From Octopus sinensis (Eukaryota), in assembly GCF_006345805.1 (NCBI RefSeq), contig NW_021835988.1, forward strand, positions 372,001 through 436,000: a DNA stretch of 64,000 nucleotides. The letters are read 5' to 3'. This document shows positions 24,449-34,917 of the stretch, piece after piece (position 1 is the first letter of the stretch; the number at the start of each line of letters is the position of its first letter). A model generated the notes under the pieces. It made no database searches. It saw only the letters and a program-made list of their open reading frames with translations, and was not told the origin of the DNA. A program made the position numbers and the translations under genes.

Positions 24449-27400
24449 AATTCTGTTTTAATTTATTAAAAAAATATGGAAAGCCAAATTAATCAGAAAT
24501 TAATCGGCCAGCAAGCCGGATGGAACAGCTGTTCCCACGCACAACGGCCAACAGGATCCTTTGGATTAGGAAAGTAAATTCCCTAGGATCCTTGGAGCGT
24601 AAAGAACAGAGGTGGCCAAGTTTCTTTAGATGATCAACTGTCTTTGTGCCAAAGACGCACGAAGTCTCAACAACAATTGGCCAAAACCAAAAGCCGTCTA
24701 ACAAGCCCCGGTATTTTTCGGATTTTGTATGTTCAGCCCTATTAGCACGGGACCCGGGCAGAGAGGCGGATTCGTTGATGGCCGACTTGGAGAAGGAATC
24801 AACACACGTGGCATCCCAAACTAGTGGTTTACCAGCGTCGAAAGCGAACAACGTCGAGCCATCAGGCCTTTTTCCATCACCACGGTCAAGACCAATTGGC
24901 TCAAGGACAGAAGGATACCCTGCCTTTTCGAGGGCATGGAGAATGATCTTGTTAAGAGCCGAATGACGAGGTATGCGACCTGCGCTTTTCTTGCAGGAAA
25001 GGGCATGGAGCCCGTATGTGTCCATCGTTGATCCACACCGGCAGGGGTGGGGATTACAAATCGGTAATCCCAGACGAAGGCATATTCCAAAACGGAGGGC
25101 ATCAGAGTCGAGGCAGGTATCCAAATGGGTCGTGGGAAGGCAGTTAAGCCAGGAGCCAGAATACGGTTGGCGACTGGCACGGAAGCAAGCTAGTCTGTGC
25201 TGGTCCAAGAGACGCTCCAACGAGTCAACGTAATATTCACAAATAATTTTGTCCCATTCACGTTGGAGAGATCGTTCTGACGGTAAGACAAAATGCTTTT
25301 CCTTCCAAAGCAAGAGTGCAGAATTGATATCAGAGTCCAAAGTTGATTCGGGTGATTTTTCAAGAATCTTATGGACAAGAAGATACAATCCTGAAGAAGA
25401 TGAAAGGAAAGCGGGAAGAGAAAGGTCGAGCGCGGAGCGAAGCCCCAGACCGCCAGAGGATACAGGAAGTTTGGCCTGACACCAACCAACGTCATCAAAC
25501 TTGACATTAAAAATCTTCTCAGCGGAAGAACGCACCAGAGCGTCGAAAGAATCCAAGGCAATAGGAATAGAAAAGCAGCGGGAACTCCTTAGGACATAAT
25601 TGATTTTCGGGATCAGAAGATAATTTTTGAGAATGAAATAAGCAGGGTGGGGATCAATATCTGCAAGTTTATCACAAAGGGAAGAAAGGGCATTCCTCTT
25701 GGAATTAAGAATACGAATGGCGGATTGGTCGTAGATCGGAGCACCCAAGATTTCGAGATCAGCAGTGGAAGTATGTCTCAGATCGGGCAAAAGGCCTCGA
25801 AACTGAGAAAAAATGTTTTGAAAACTAACACAATCGATGTTAACATTTACAATTTCAGATTTGAGAGAATTAATTTCGAGACCAATGGATGACAAAGCTG
25901 GGATTAGAGATTCCAAGTCCTTTATCAAAATATCGGGCGGACCACCAATAGTACAATCATCCAAATACCAAATATTCAGAGGCGACAAATTCTTACGGGC
26001 AATAAAATCCACGGAAAGGGCAAATAATAACGGGCCCAAAGGATCGCCTTGCTGTACACCACAAGAAGAGGAAATAAAGGAATCACCTGCAGCCAAAAGG
26101 CTCGGGTATCCATATGAAAGAAAAACAAATGGCAGCAATGAAGGAATTCTGTCTTTACAAACCTCAAGTAGATGCTCTCTGTTGAGAGAATTGAACGCAT
26201 TTTTAACATCCAATTTTAGCAGTAGCCGGGGCTTTTCAGAGAGGTGAGTCGAATCAATAAAACACCGGGATGCGTGGACCGCGGCCTCGCAACCGCCAGG
26301 CACGCCAACGCCCAACTGAATGGGCTGGAGTTCGTCACTAATAGACGGAATTACCAGTTTGCACCCGACTTTTGCAAACAAACGGCGGAAAACATTTCCG
26401 ACGGCAATAGGCCTAATGCCGCCGTCTTTTTTCTCCAATGCTGTCAGGTTCGCAGAGAAGAAAAGCAATCTAGCATGTTCAGATATATCCCCGCAGAGGA
26501 ATAAGTTACATAGCTTGGTGATAGAATGTGAAAGACAGTTTCCGGCCTCGGCAGTATCGGAAATGAGATCGATTAAGTGAATGGGACGGAGACCGTCAAC
26601 ACCACCACTACTATTGCCTCTGAAAGATTTCAAGGCAAACAAAAGTTGCTGGACAGACGAAGAAGCTATCGAGACCCCCTCTGGAGTTTGGGCACAAAAA
26701 TTAGGCACATTGCCAGTCGGGTGCTTTGAGCTGAGAATTTTGACTACATCCGGAGTAATGGTGCGGACGGAATCGGAAGATGAAAGAATGCGGACCGCAG
26801 AACCGACGTCGTGCGCCATTAAGCAGGAGTTGATACGTTTGCGTAACCGAATGGGGTTGTTTTTAGGAATGGATGAAGTTGTTTTATTGGACTTGCCCGT
26901 AAGAGAAGGCAGACTGAAAGATTCTTTCATGAACTTATTTATATTTTCTTTGATGGAAGAGGAAAGGGATTTGTTCGAGCATGAACCTTGAGCTGGGGAA
27001 GCGAGGGCAAATACTGCAAAGCAGAACAGTCGGTTCCAATTCGGAATGGTCTGGTCACAAATGACCGACTCTATTAAAGCCGACAAGGCCTTCGCCGCAG
27101 AAAAGCGGGCAGATCTGGGAATTCTAATAGGGATACGATAAGAAGCTCGATAATTTCGAACGAGTCTTAAGACTGATTCTGGATTAAGCAGGAAGGGGTC
27201 CACGAAGCGGGAAGGACGAATGGGAACAGAGGACCCAGAACTGATGACACGAGGAATGTATGAGGGAGGGAAAGAGGAACAAGCAGAACAGACCCAACGA
27301 GTAAGAGATGAAGCAGACTTCTTGGACAACTTGATACAAGAACGATGGAAACTGGCGTCACAGGAGTCGCAACGGATGGTTTTCTTCCTTTTGTTACAAG

Positions 27401-27534
27401 TGTTACAAACGGAACAGAGAGTCATCGATAAGGAAAATTAGATTGATAAGATAATACAACGAAGAACAACAATGAATGTGACAAAATTACAATAAAATTG
27501 AATAAATTGAAAAAAATTACACCACAACAACAAC
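24449..27534 (-). mobile_element. Apparently full-length CRE-clade non-LTR retrotransposon
   Basis: Single uninterrupted ORF; ~110 nt upstream and ~40 nt downstream of non-coding sequence before unrelated repeats; no TSD seen. Confidence 0.82.
24489..27425 (-). CDS. 978 aa retrotransposase: PHD finger + reverse transcriptase + CCHC + restriction-like endonuclease
   Basis: C4HC3 pattern at aa 4-49; GGIRPIAVG, LDVKNAFN, GVQQGDPLGP and YLDD; CRC...HALSC, RHS, KRPDG, WDATCVD and VETS. Confidence 0.92.
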   Translation of the reverse strand: MTLCSVCNTCNKRKKTIRCDSCDASFHRSCIKLSKKSASSLTRWVCSACSSFPPSYIPRVISSGSSVPIRPSRFVDPFLLNPESVLRLVRNYRASYRIPIRIPRSARFSAAKALSALIESVICDQTIPNWNRLFCFAVFALASPAQGSCSNKSLSSSIKENINKFMKESFSLPSLTGKSNKTTSSIPKNNPIRLRKRINSCLMAHDVGSAVRILSSSDSVRTITPDVVKILSSKHPTGNVPNFCAQTPEGVSIASSSVQQLLFALKSFRGNSSGGVDGLRPIHLIDLISDTAEAGNCLSHSITKLCNLFLCGDISEHARLLFFSANLTALEKKDGGIRPIAVGNVFRRLFAKVGCKLVIPSISDELQPIQLGVGVPGGCEAAVHASRCFIDSTHLSEKPRLLLKLDVKNAFNSLNREHLLEVCKDRIPSLLPFVFLSYGYPSLLAAGDSFISSSCGVQQGDPLGPLLFALSVDFIARKNLSPLNIWYLDDCTIGGPPDILIKDLESLIPALSSIGLEINSLKSEIVNVNIDCVSFQNIFSQFRGLLPDLRHTSTADLEILGAPIYDQSAIRILNSKRNALSSLCDKLADIDPHPAYFILKNYLLIPKINYVLRSSRCFSIPIALDSFDALVRSSAEKIFNVKFDDVGWCQAKLPVSSGGLGLRSALDLSLPAFLSSSSGLYLLVHKILEKSPESTLDSDINSALLLWKEKHFVLPSERSLQREWDKIICEYYVDSLERLLDQHRLACFRASRQPYSGSWLNCLPTTHLDTCLDSDALRFGICLRLGLPICNPHPCRCGSTMDTYGLHALSCKKSAGRIPRHSALNKIILHALEKAGYPSVLEPIGLDRGDGKRPDGSTLFAFDAGKPLVWDATCVDSFSKSAINESASLPGSRANRAEHTKSEKYRGLLDGFWFWPIVVETSCVFGTKTVDHLKKLGHLCSLRSKDPREFTFLIQRILLAVVRGNSCSIRLAGRLISD

Positions 27535-27829
27535 CTCTTATTGCACTCATGCTGAAAATATGATTTCGAAAATACCATTATCGAATGATACTGTTCATCG
27601 ACGAATTTCTGAAATGTCAGAAAATATTAAGTGTAAGTGTTTTAATTCTTCTCGAAACGTAAATTCAGAACACTATAAGATATGTCGCGTGGCTTACCTA
27701 CGACGTTGTGGCATTGCACAATACATGTGAAAAAGAGTCGCAAACCCCCTATCCCTTCTTCATGGAGACGTGGATGGTGTCGTGCATTTCTACTTATTTC
27801 TGGCGATGTCAAACCAAATCCAGGACTCT

Positions 27830-28450
27830 CTCTGATTATTGCCTAAGTCAACTCAATGGAATTCAAACAAAGATTATGAGACTTAGACGATTTCTTCTCC
27901 AACTCAGTGGATATTGCTTTAATTCAGGAGTCAAAGCTTACATAGAAAGATTCAACCCCAACTTTCCCTGGATATTCCGTGTTCCGTAAACTTGGAAAAG
28001 GTAGAGGCCTCCTAACCTTTATCCGCAATCAGATTAATGTTATGGACCTATCAAACAAGATATCGGCCATTATGGACATGGATTATCCTTTAGAACAAAC
28101 CACAGTGAAAATAAGTTTGAGATCCTTCCGGATGACGATATATATACCTCCTGCGTCTTCATGTTATAAAGGATATCGTCCTAAACTTGAAGATTTTATA
28201 AGATTAGAAAATATTAATTTGCGGGGATTAGAATGCAAAAAGCCCCCTATGGTATAAAAACCAACTATTGGACCAAAAAGGATCTATAATATTGGACAGA
28301 TTGACAACTTGTTAATTCTGAATGACCGGAACAAACATACAAGAACTCCTTCCAGAAATGGTGACTCCCGAACGTCACCTGATATAACTCTAGCTGCCCT
28401 ATCCATTCCCCAAACAATCACGTGGGACGTTATTTATGACAGCACATCTT
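27830..28450 (+). mobile_element. Jockey/I-type endonuclease fragment
   Basis: QLNGIQ, DIALIQESKL, IYIPP, LILND and TSPDITL motifs across frameshifts. Confidence 0.7.
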
Positions 28451-28949
28451 CTTAACGATGGCAAGATTTACTGGAGGTCCCCTTGAAGAGAGTATCTTGC
28501 CTATAAGAAGTGTTTTAGAAAATTTGAAAAAACCATTCCCTTTGGACATTGATTAAGAATTCGAGATAAAAAGGGATAAAAAGAGACGAACTGACACCGG
28601 GATCACTTAATTAGACGATTACTATTCTTCTTTTCTGTGTTCCAGGGGTTAAATAATAATATAAAAATGGGTTTCGTTTCACTTTCAAAAGCAAATCTTC
28701 AAAAAATTTAAAAAATCAGAGTTTAGGGATCTTTAAGTGATTGAAATGAGAGAAAAGCATAGATTGAAAATTCATCCAAAAAATTTTGAATTCTCTGACA
28801 AAAAGGAATTTATTCAAAAAAACAATTGCTTGCTCAGATTTTTTTGTATAGAAGAGGAAAAAGTAAAATTTACTGTTTTACTCGAAATGAGATTGAAAAT
28901 GTTATTAAAAACTGTGTTTTTTGTTATCTTTACTTATGTCGTATGCATG

Positions 28950-29240
28950 GATTAAACGAAGCAGTAAATTAATGTCGACCCAAAATGTCGAAATCAGAGT
29001 TGACACGTCAATTATAACTGAAACGAAAGTCCAATTCAATAAACCTGATATTGCGCGGAAACTGCCTGTCTTTTTGCTCGTCCTCTCAATCCAAGAATTA
29101 ACGTAGATCATTTGATTATTATTATTACTGTTAAAAAATAAATAAAATAAATAAACCTGATATTTTCGTTTATGACAATATGAAAAAGGAAATTGATTTA
29201 ATTGAAGTGAGAATTAGCTCGCAAGACCGTTTAAAGAATT
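28950..29240 (+). mobile_element. R2/R4-type RLE fragment, interrupted
   Basis: NVEIRVDTSIITETKVQFNKPDI...KPDIFVYD..KKEIDLIEV. Confidence 0.65.
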
Positions 29241-29298
29241 AAAAGCATGACACACAATATGTTAGTGACAAAAAATGATTCAAAAATATTATTTAAAC

Positions 29299-31711
29299 CA
29301 GTGGTTCTCAACCTGGGGTCCGCGAGATTTTTCTTAAACTTTATTCAAATGTTTATATTTAATGATAACAATTTTAAGTTAATATATAATAGAATTAAAT
29401 AATAATTAATAATATCTCTTTTAGATATATTATAAATTAATAAATTTTAATATTCAATAATACTGAGGGGGCTAAATAAATTAATATATTTTAATATTCA
29501 ATAATACTGAAGAGGCTAAATTACTTTAAAGCTGAATGTAACGCAAGCAATCCGTTCGGCTGGGTTAATTTAGTTAACTAACAATTGTTTTGTTATTCAA
29601 ATAAAAAACCTAATAAAGAAAAAAAAATGTAACTCAATTATTTATAAAATCGTATATATATATTTTTTAGTAAAAGTTAATAAAATTTTTAAGCATTCTA
29701 TTGATATGAATTCCTCGAATGTTATTAAGATACGCAAATATAATCCTGATTATATAAAATATGGGTTTATTTGTATTGATAAAGATGGATTTGAAAGCCC
29801 AAAATGTGTTGTGTGCATGAAAATTCTGTCACACAATAGCATGAAACCAACAACTCTTGTGAGACACTTGCGCACATGTCATCCCCATCTAATCCACAAA
29901 AATAAAGATTATTTTATTTCTTTGCGTAAAACGATGAAAAATCAAGTATTGACTCGTTTGATACAAACTTTGCCTTCTGATAATTCGATGCTATTAGCAT
30001 CTTACATGATTTCATTACGTATAGCGAAAAAAAAGAAACCTCATAATATTGCCGAAAAACTGATTCTTCCTTGTAGTAAAGACATAGTACGTACTCTTAT
30101 TGCACTCATGCTGAAAATATGATTTCGAAAATACCATTATCGAATGATACTGTTCATCGACGAATTTCTGAAATGTCAGAAAATATTAAGTGTCAGGTTA
30201 TTGATATTATATTATTTATTTTAACAGGTGGTAAAACAAATAAAAACTTCATGCCATCAAAATTTCGCTATACAAGTTGATGAATCCACCGATGTAGCGA
30301 ACTGTGCTCAATTAATAATATTTGCTCGTTATGTATATGACGAAGATTTTAAAGAGGAATTTTTATTTTCCTATTCGCTTGAATCGACCACTAAAGGAGA
30401 GGATATTTTTCAAGCAATTTCTATGTTTTTTGACAGTGTTGGGTTATCTTGGAATAATGTATGTTGTTGCACAACCGATGGAGCTCCAGCAATGCTTGGC
30501 TTTCATTCTGGCTTTAGAGGCCAAGTTAGACTTGCTAACCAGGAAACGAAACATATGCATTGTATGCTACATCGATATGCACTTGCTGCAAAAACATTAC
30601 CTTCAGATTTAAGATATGTTCTCGATGATGTCGTACATATCATAAATTATATTAAAAAGAGTGGTTTAAATTCGCGGATTTTCAGACTTATCTGCGAAGA
30701 ATTTGAAAAGAATGGAAAGGCTTTGTTATTCCACACTGAGGTGAGATGGCTATCTCGGGGAAACATTCTTGCCAGAGTTTTTTCTTTGAGGAATGAATTA
30801 TCTGAATATTTTATTCGCGAAAACAATTCCAAATCATCGGAATTTATTTCGAAATTAATGGATAGTTCATGGCTATCTAAACTTGCTTACTTGAGAGATG
30901 TCTTCTCTCGTATAAATTCACTCAACAAATCGCTTCAGGGAAGACGTGAAACAATAATTGATTTTTGGATAAAATTAACTTTGGTAACTGTTTCATATTA
31001 ATTATTAGTGCTTGTTTGATGAAGTTAACACTGTGGAAAGAAAAAGTAAAACTAAATAATTTTACTATGTTTGAATCTTTTGAAGAACAATCTGTAAATA
31101 TAGATGCATTTGAAATCAAAAAAATAACCGAACTTATTTATGCACATTTAACATATCTTCAACAAGAAGTAAATAAATACTTTCCAGAATTGAACGAAAT
31201 TGATTTGAAATTCATTCGTACACCATTCAGTGTTGATCCACATTTGGTCGATGAAAATATCAAAGAGGCTTTTATTGACATGATCAATAATTCAAACGCA
31301 AAAGATTTGTATGAAAAACTTGCTTTATCAAGATTTTGGTGCGAAATGTGTCAGCATTATCCTTCCGTAAGCGCAAATGCATTAAATTTGTTGCTTATAT
31401 TCCCGACAACATATTTATGCGAACATGGCTTCTCAGCACTTCTCAATATAAAAAATAATCATCGCGCAAGACTGAATATTGAGGATGACATCAAGATTTG
31501 CTTGTCGACAACCGAGCCTCTTATTGAAAAAATTGCCTCGAAAGAACAATATCAACCTTCTCACTAATTTTCTCTATTGATTTAATAGTAAATTTTGTTT
31601 TTAGATAAGTAAAATTTTTTTGACAAAAAACTTAATAAATATGTAGGGGGTCCGCGAAATTTTTCATTTACTCACAAAGGGTCCGCGGACAAAAAAGGTT
31701 GAGAACCACTG
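29299..31711 (+). mobile_element. Buster/ZBED5-type hAT transposon, near full length, frameshifted transposase
   Basis: TIRs CAGTGGTTCTCAACC / GGTTGAGAACCACTG; BED finger, DESTD, TTDGAPAM, HCMLHR, LFHTEVRWLSRG and TTYLCEHGFS; 31 nt intron 30197-30227 and a probable one at 30984-31008; flanks differ (ATTTAAAC vs TACTAGAG). Confidence 0.9.
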
Positions 31712-32101
31712 TACTAGAGGATGGCACGTTGCCCCGGATGTCAGTATGCATGTTGTTGATGATCCTATCCGTGGGGACCTTATCGAGTTGGTTGATGTAG
31801 ATTATTATGTCGACTTGCCAACACTCTGTTGTAATCTAAGACGGCTAATCCAAAGTTGACCGGGGGAGTCTTGCCCGAAGGTGAGGGTTTCTACTTCTTT
31901 GATGAGTCGAGCCACCTTGTAACAAAAATCAATGGTTGCTCAACATACCGTCATCGAATTTATGACTTCTCACATGACTATTTTGTCGTTAAGAATACGA
32001 AAGGGTGGTTTAATTGGATCCTCTCTTGGTTCGTCAACATTTATACGGTCGTCCGTATAGATGTAGTTAACAATGATGATTACCACCAAGTAGTTTTTCT
32101 T
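31712..32101 (+). other. Endogenous viral element: nodavirus-like protein A methyltransferase/guanylyltransferase fragment, frameshifted
   Basis: Frame 1 TRGWHVAPDVSMHVVDDPIRGDLIELVDVDYYVDL; frame 2 PKLTGG...INGCSTYRHRIYDFSHDYFVV...YTVVRID...DYHQVVFL. These match the remembered Nodaviridae DVDYY and GG.Y.H.lWDy..D motifs; GC-richer than the flanks. Confidence 0.78.
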
Positions 32102-32280
32102 AAAAAAAAGAAAAAATAAATAAAAACAAAAATATAAAGATAAAAAAATTACAAATTTAAAAAAGTTTAAAAAAAAACAAATAAAAATTAAAAAAGAAAT
32201 TACAAATTTTGAAAAATTAAAAACACCAAAAAAACAAAAATAATTCAATAAATAAATTTAAAAAATAAAACAAAAAAATT

Positions 32281-32342
32281 TTGATGAAACAGGCCCTCCG
32301 CAGGAGCTAGGTCGCGGTGAGCGAAGCGAGCTGCCGAGCTAG
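32281..32342 (+). mobile_element. Helitron 3' terminus
   Basis: Identical to the reverse complement of 59797-59858; GC-rich subterminal segment ending CTAG followed by T. Confidence 0.8.
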
Positions 32343-32519
32343 TTTAAAATAAACCATTTTTGAACAAAAAAACATTGAAAAAAAATTTGGAAATAACGAA
32401 AAGATTTCTAACCATATTTGAGGATGAATTAAAAAGTACAATTTTTCGGATGAATGCGTTTTTCACGTGATTCCAAACAAAACAAGAAAAATAGTTGATA
32501 GGAAAAGCGGTGAACAATT

Positions 32520-33036
32520 TAAGTCAAAAAATATTTCATCTGTCTTACGCCTCCCCCAGCAGTCTCTTGTTTGCCGACAATGTTATTATGTCCGAAACTG
32601 GTATTCAACAAGGCGACCCTCTTGGGCCTCTTTTATTCTCACTCGGTGCTGATCACATTGCCCGTCAATTGTCCTCTGAGGTCAACATTTGGTACCTCGA
32701 TGATGTTACTCTTGGTGGGGCTTTGGAGATCGTCAAGAATGATGTAGAAAAAATTATTTCTGGTTTTGCTTCCATTGGACTCGCTTTGAATGGATCCAAT
32801 TCTGAGCTGATATGTTTGTCTGCGAGCCCTTCAGAATTCAAACTTATTTTTTCCACCTTATCTCACCATATTGAAGACCTGTGCATCACCCAGCTTGATG
32901 ACCTTATCATTCTGGGTTCTCCAATCAATAGCAAGTCTACTAGGAAGGCTTTATGTAACAGGCTCGAAGAATTGGAAACTCTATTCTCCCGCATTTCCAA
33001 ACTTGAATCCCATTTAGGCCTTTTCTTGCTCAAGAT
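32520..33036 (+). mobile_element. CRE-clade RT fragment (second subfamily)
   Basis: GIQQGDPLGPLLF and IWYLDDVTLGG. Confidence 0.85.
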
Positions 33037-33085
33037 GCATTAAAACTCCTGATGAATTAAAGAACATTATGAACTATATTGAATA

Positions 33086-34885
33086 TGTCGCGAGCGCGAC
33101 GCGCACGCGAGCCGCACATATCGACTTTTTTAAAAGCTATTAAATGGAACAAAAAATATCAAATAACGTTAGTACCATTGAGATAATATTCCAATATATA
33201 TAATATATAAAATCTATCTAATATAATTTATACGGCGTACCAGAATCATACAACATTTTTAATACCGTTGCACGCTTAGTTTCGTTTTGTTGTAACAATG
33301 TCACAATCGAACCAAAGATGCTTTATTCAAGATCAATTTGAATATCAGGAATTAAAGAAAGTCCTGTCTGGGGAGATTCCACAGACAGATGACAGATTCC
33401 GGAGACGAAGGCTTATTAAGAAAGCCGAATCTTTTGTGTTTATTCAGGGACACCTTTATCTGAAAGATGGAAACATTAACAAATTAGTGATTTCGTTGGA
33501 CGATACTAAACAAATGAGAATGCTTGCCGAACAGTTACATAAAATCAATCATTGTGGGCATAACGCATTGGAGAACCTATGCAAAGAACGATTTTTCATA
33601 ATCAAAAGAGATATCATTCGTGAAGTTGTTTCGAACTGTGACGTTTGCCGCTTTTCCACACCCCTTAAACAATCGGATTCTGAATTTCATGTTATTGCAG
33701 ACAGACCCAACAGAAGATTTCAAATGGACTTAATAGATCTTAAAAGGCATTCATTTTAATGAAGTTATTTAATAGATTTAAGAATAATAATGACTCATAT
33801 ACGTGGCTATTAACAGTCATTGATGTATATAGCAAATATGCTATTACACGCAATTTAAAAAACAAATCAGGTGTAGAAGTAGCGAAAAATCTTGAAGAAA
33901 TTTTTATGGACTACGGACCTTGTGAATTTTTTCAGTCCGACAATGGAAAGGAATTTAAAAATTCCCACATTTCGAATCTTTTTGCGGAATATAACGTTAA
34001 ACAAATCCATGGACGACCTAATCACCCTAAAAGTCAGGGGATTATAGGTTTAGTCAGACGATTTCGAGATTTTTAGAACGGTTTAATCAGACAATTTCGA
34101 GATCTTTGTCAAAAATGATGTTTGAAGACCAGAACAAAACTTGGATTAAGCATATCAGGAAAGCGGTTTATGTGTATAATCTGACAAAACATTCTTCGAC
34201 AGGTGCTATAAATAAAAACTATAATATAGATGAAACACCATTTATGCGATATCGTGGAATACCTGGTTTTAATCCAATTGTCTATGATGCACAAGTTGAT
34301 GACAACAGAGACGATAGTTTAATTCAAAAAAAATTTTTTTAGATTTTATAACTACTAATGATGAACCAGAAGTCGGCACAATGATTTTAAAAACGCATTC
34401 TTCGACAGGTGCTATAAATAAAAACTATAATATAGATGTGCGATATCATGGAATATTTGGTTTTAATCCGGTTGTCCATGATGCTCAAGTTGATGACAAC
34501 GAAGACGATAGTTTGATTCAAGATAGAAAATATTTTTAGATGTTGTAACTACTAATGAAGAGCCAGAAAAATCATTCGATTTTAATTTTGTTCCGGTTAA
34601 TTTGGACTCGCGTTATTTCAAACGAATGAACAAAAGAATGGGTGTTCATCGTTCTAAGTACGATTTGAAAGCAGGAGATACTGTATACGTTATTTTTTGT
34701 TATTTCAAAGGCAAGAATTCAAAAAGATTATGGGACAAATCCATCTCTCAGATTAGAAAAATTTGAGAGCCCATATTCTTCACCTGTAAAAATCATTGAA
34801 AAGTTATCTAATAATTTTGTCATGATATGCACCAGGGAAGGAATGCATAAAAAGATACACTCAAAAAGACTTAAAAAGATTATAT
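33086..34885 (+). mobile_element. Ginger-like integrase element with 3 micro-introns; right TIR not found
   Basis: TGT start at 33086; HKINHCGH...CDVC, FQSDNG and II|ERFNQ; introns 33747-33775, 34048-34076 and 34203-34229; ~200 bp internal tandem duplication 34190-34575. Confidence 0.82.
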
Positions 34886-34917
34886 GATTTTTTTGTTGGC
34901 TAAAAATTTTTTTGCAA

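Noticed and set aside
24646-27441. Plus-strand ORFs over the CRE element, and similar ones over 46093 and 52633
   Set aside because: Antisense shadows of GC-richer RT genes with no recognisable motifs
24400-27700. SL-RNA or telomeric target site for the CRE element
   Set aside because: Flanks are a dispersed repeat and a hAT fragment; no snRNA-like or telomeric repeat recognised
28635-28652. piggyBac end (TTAA-CCCC)
   Set aside because: A single short motif with no partner end or transposase
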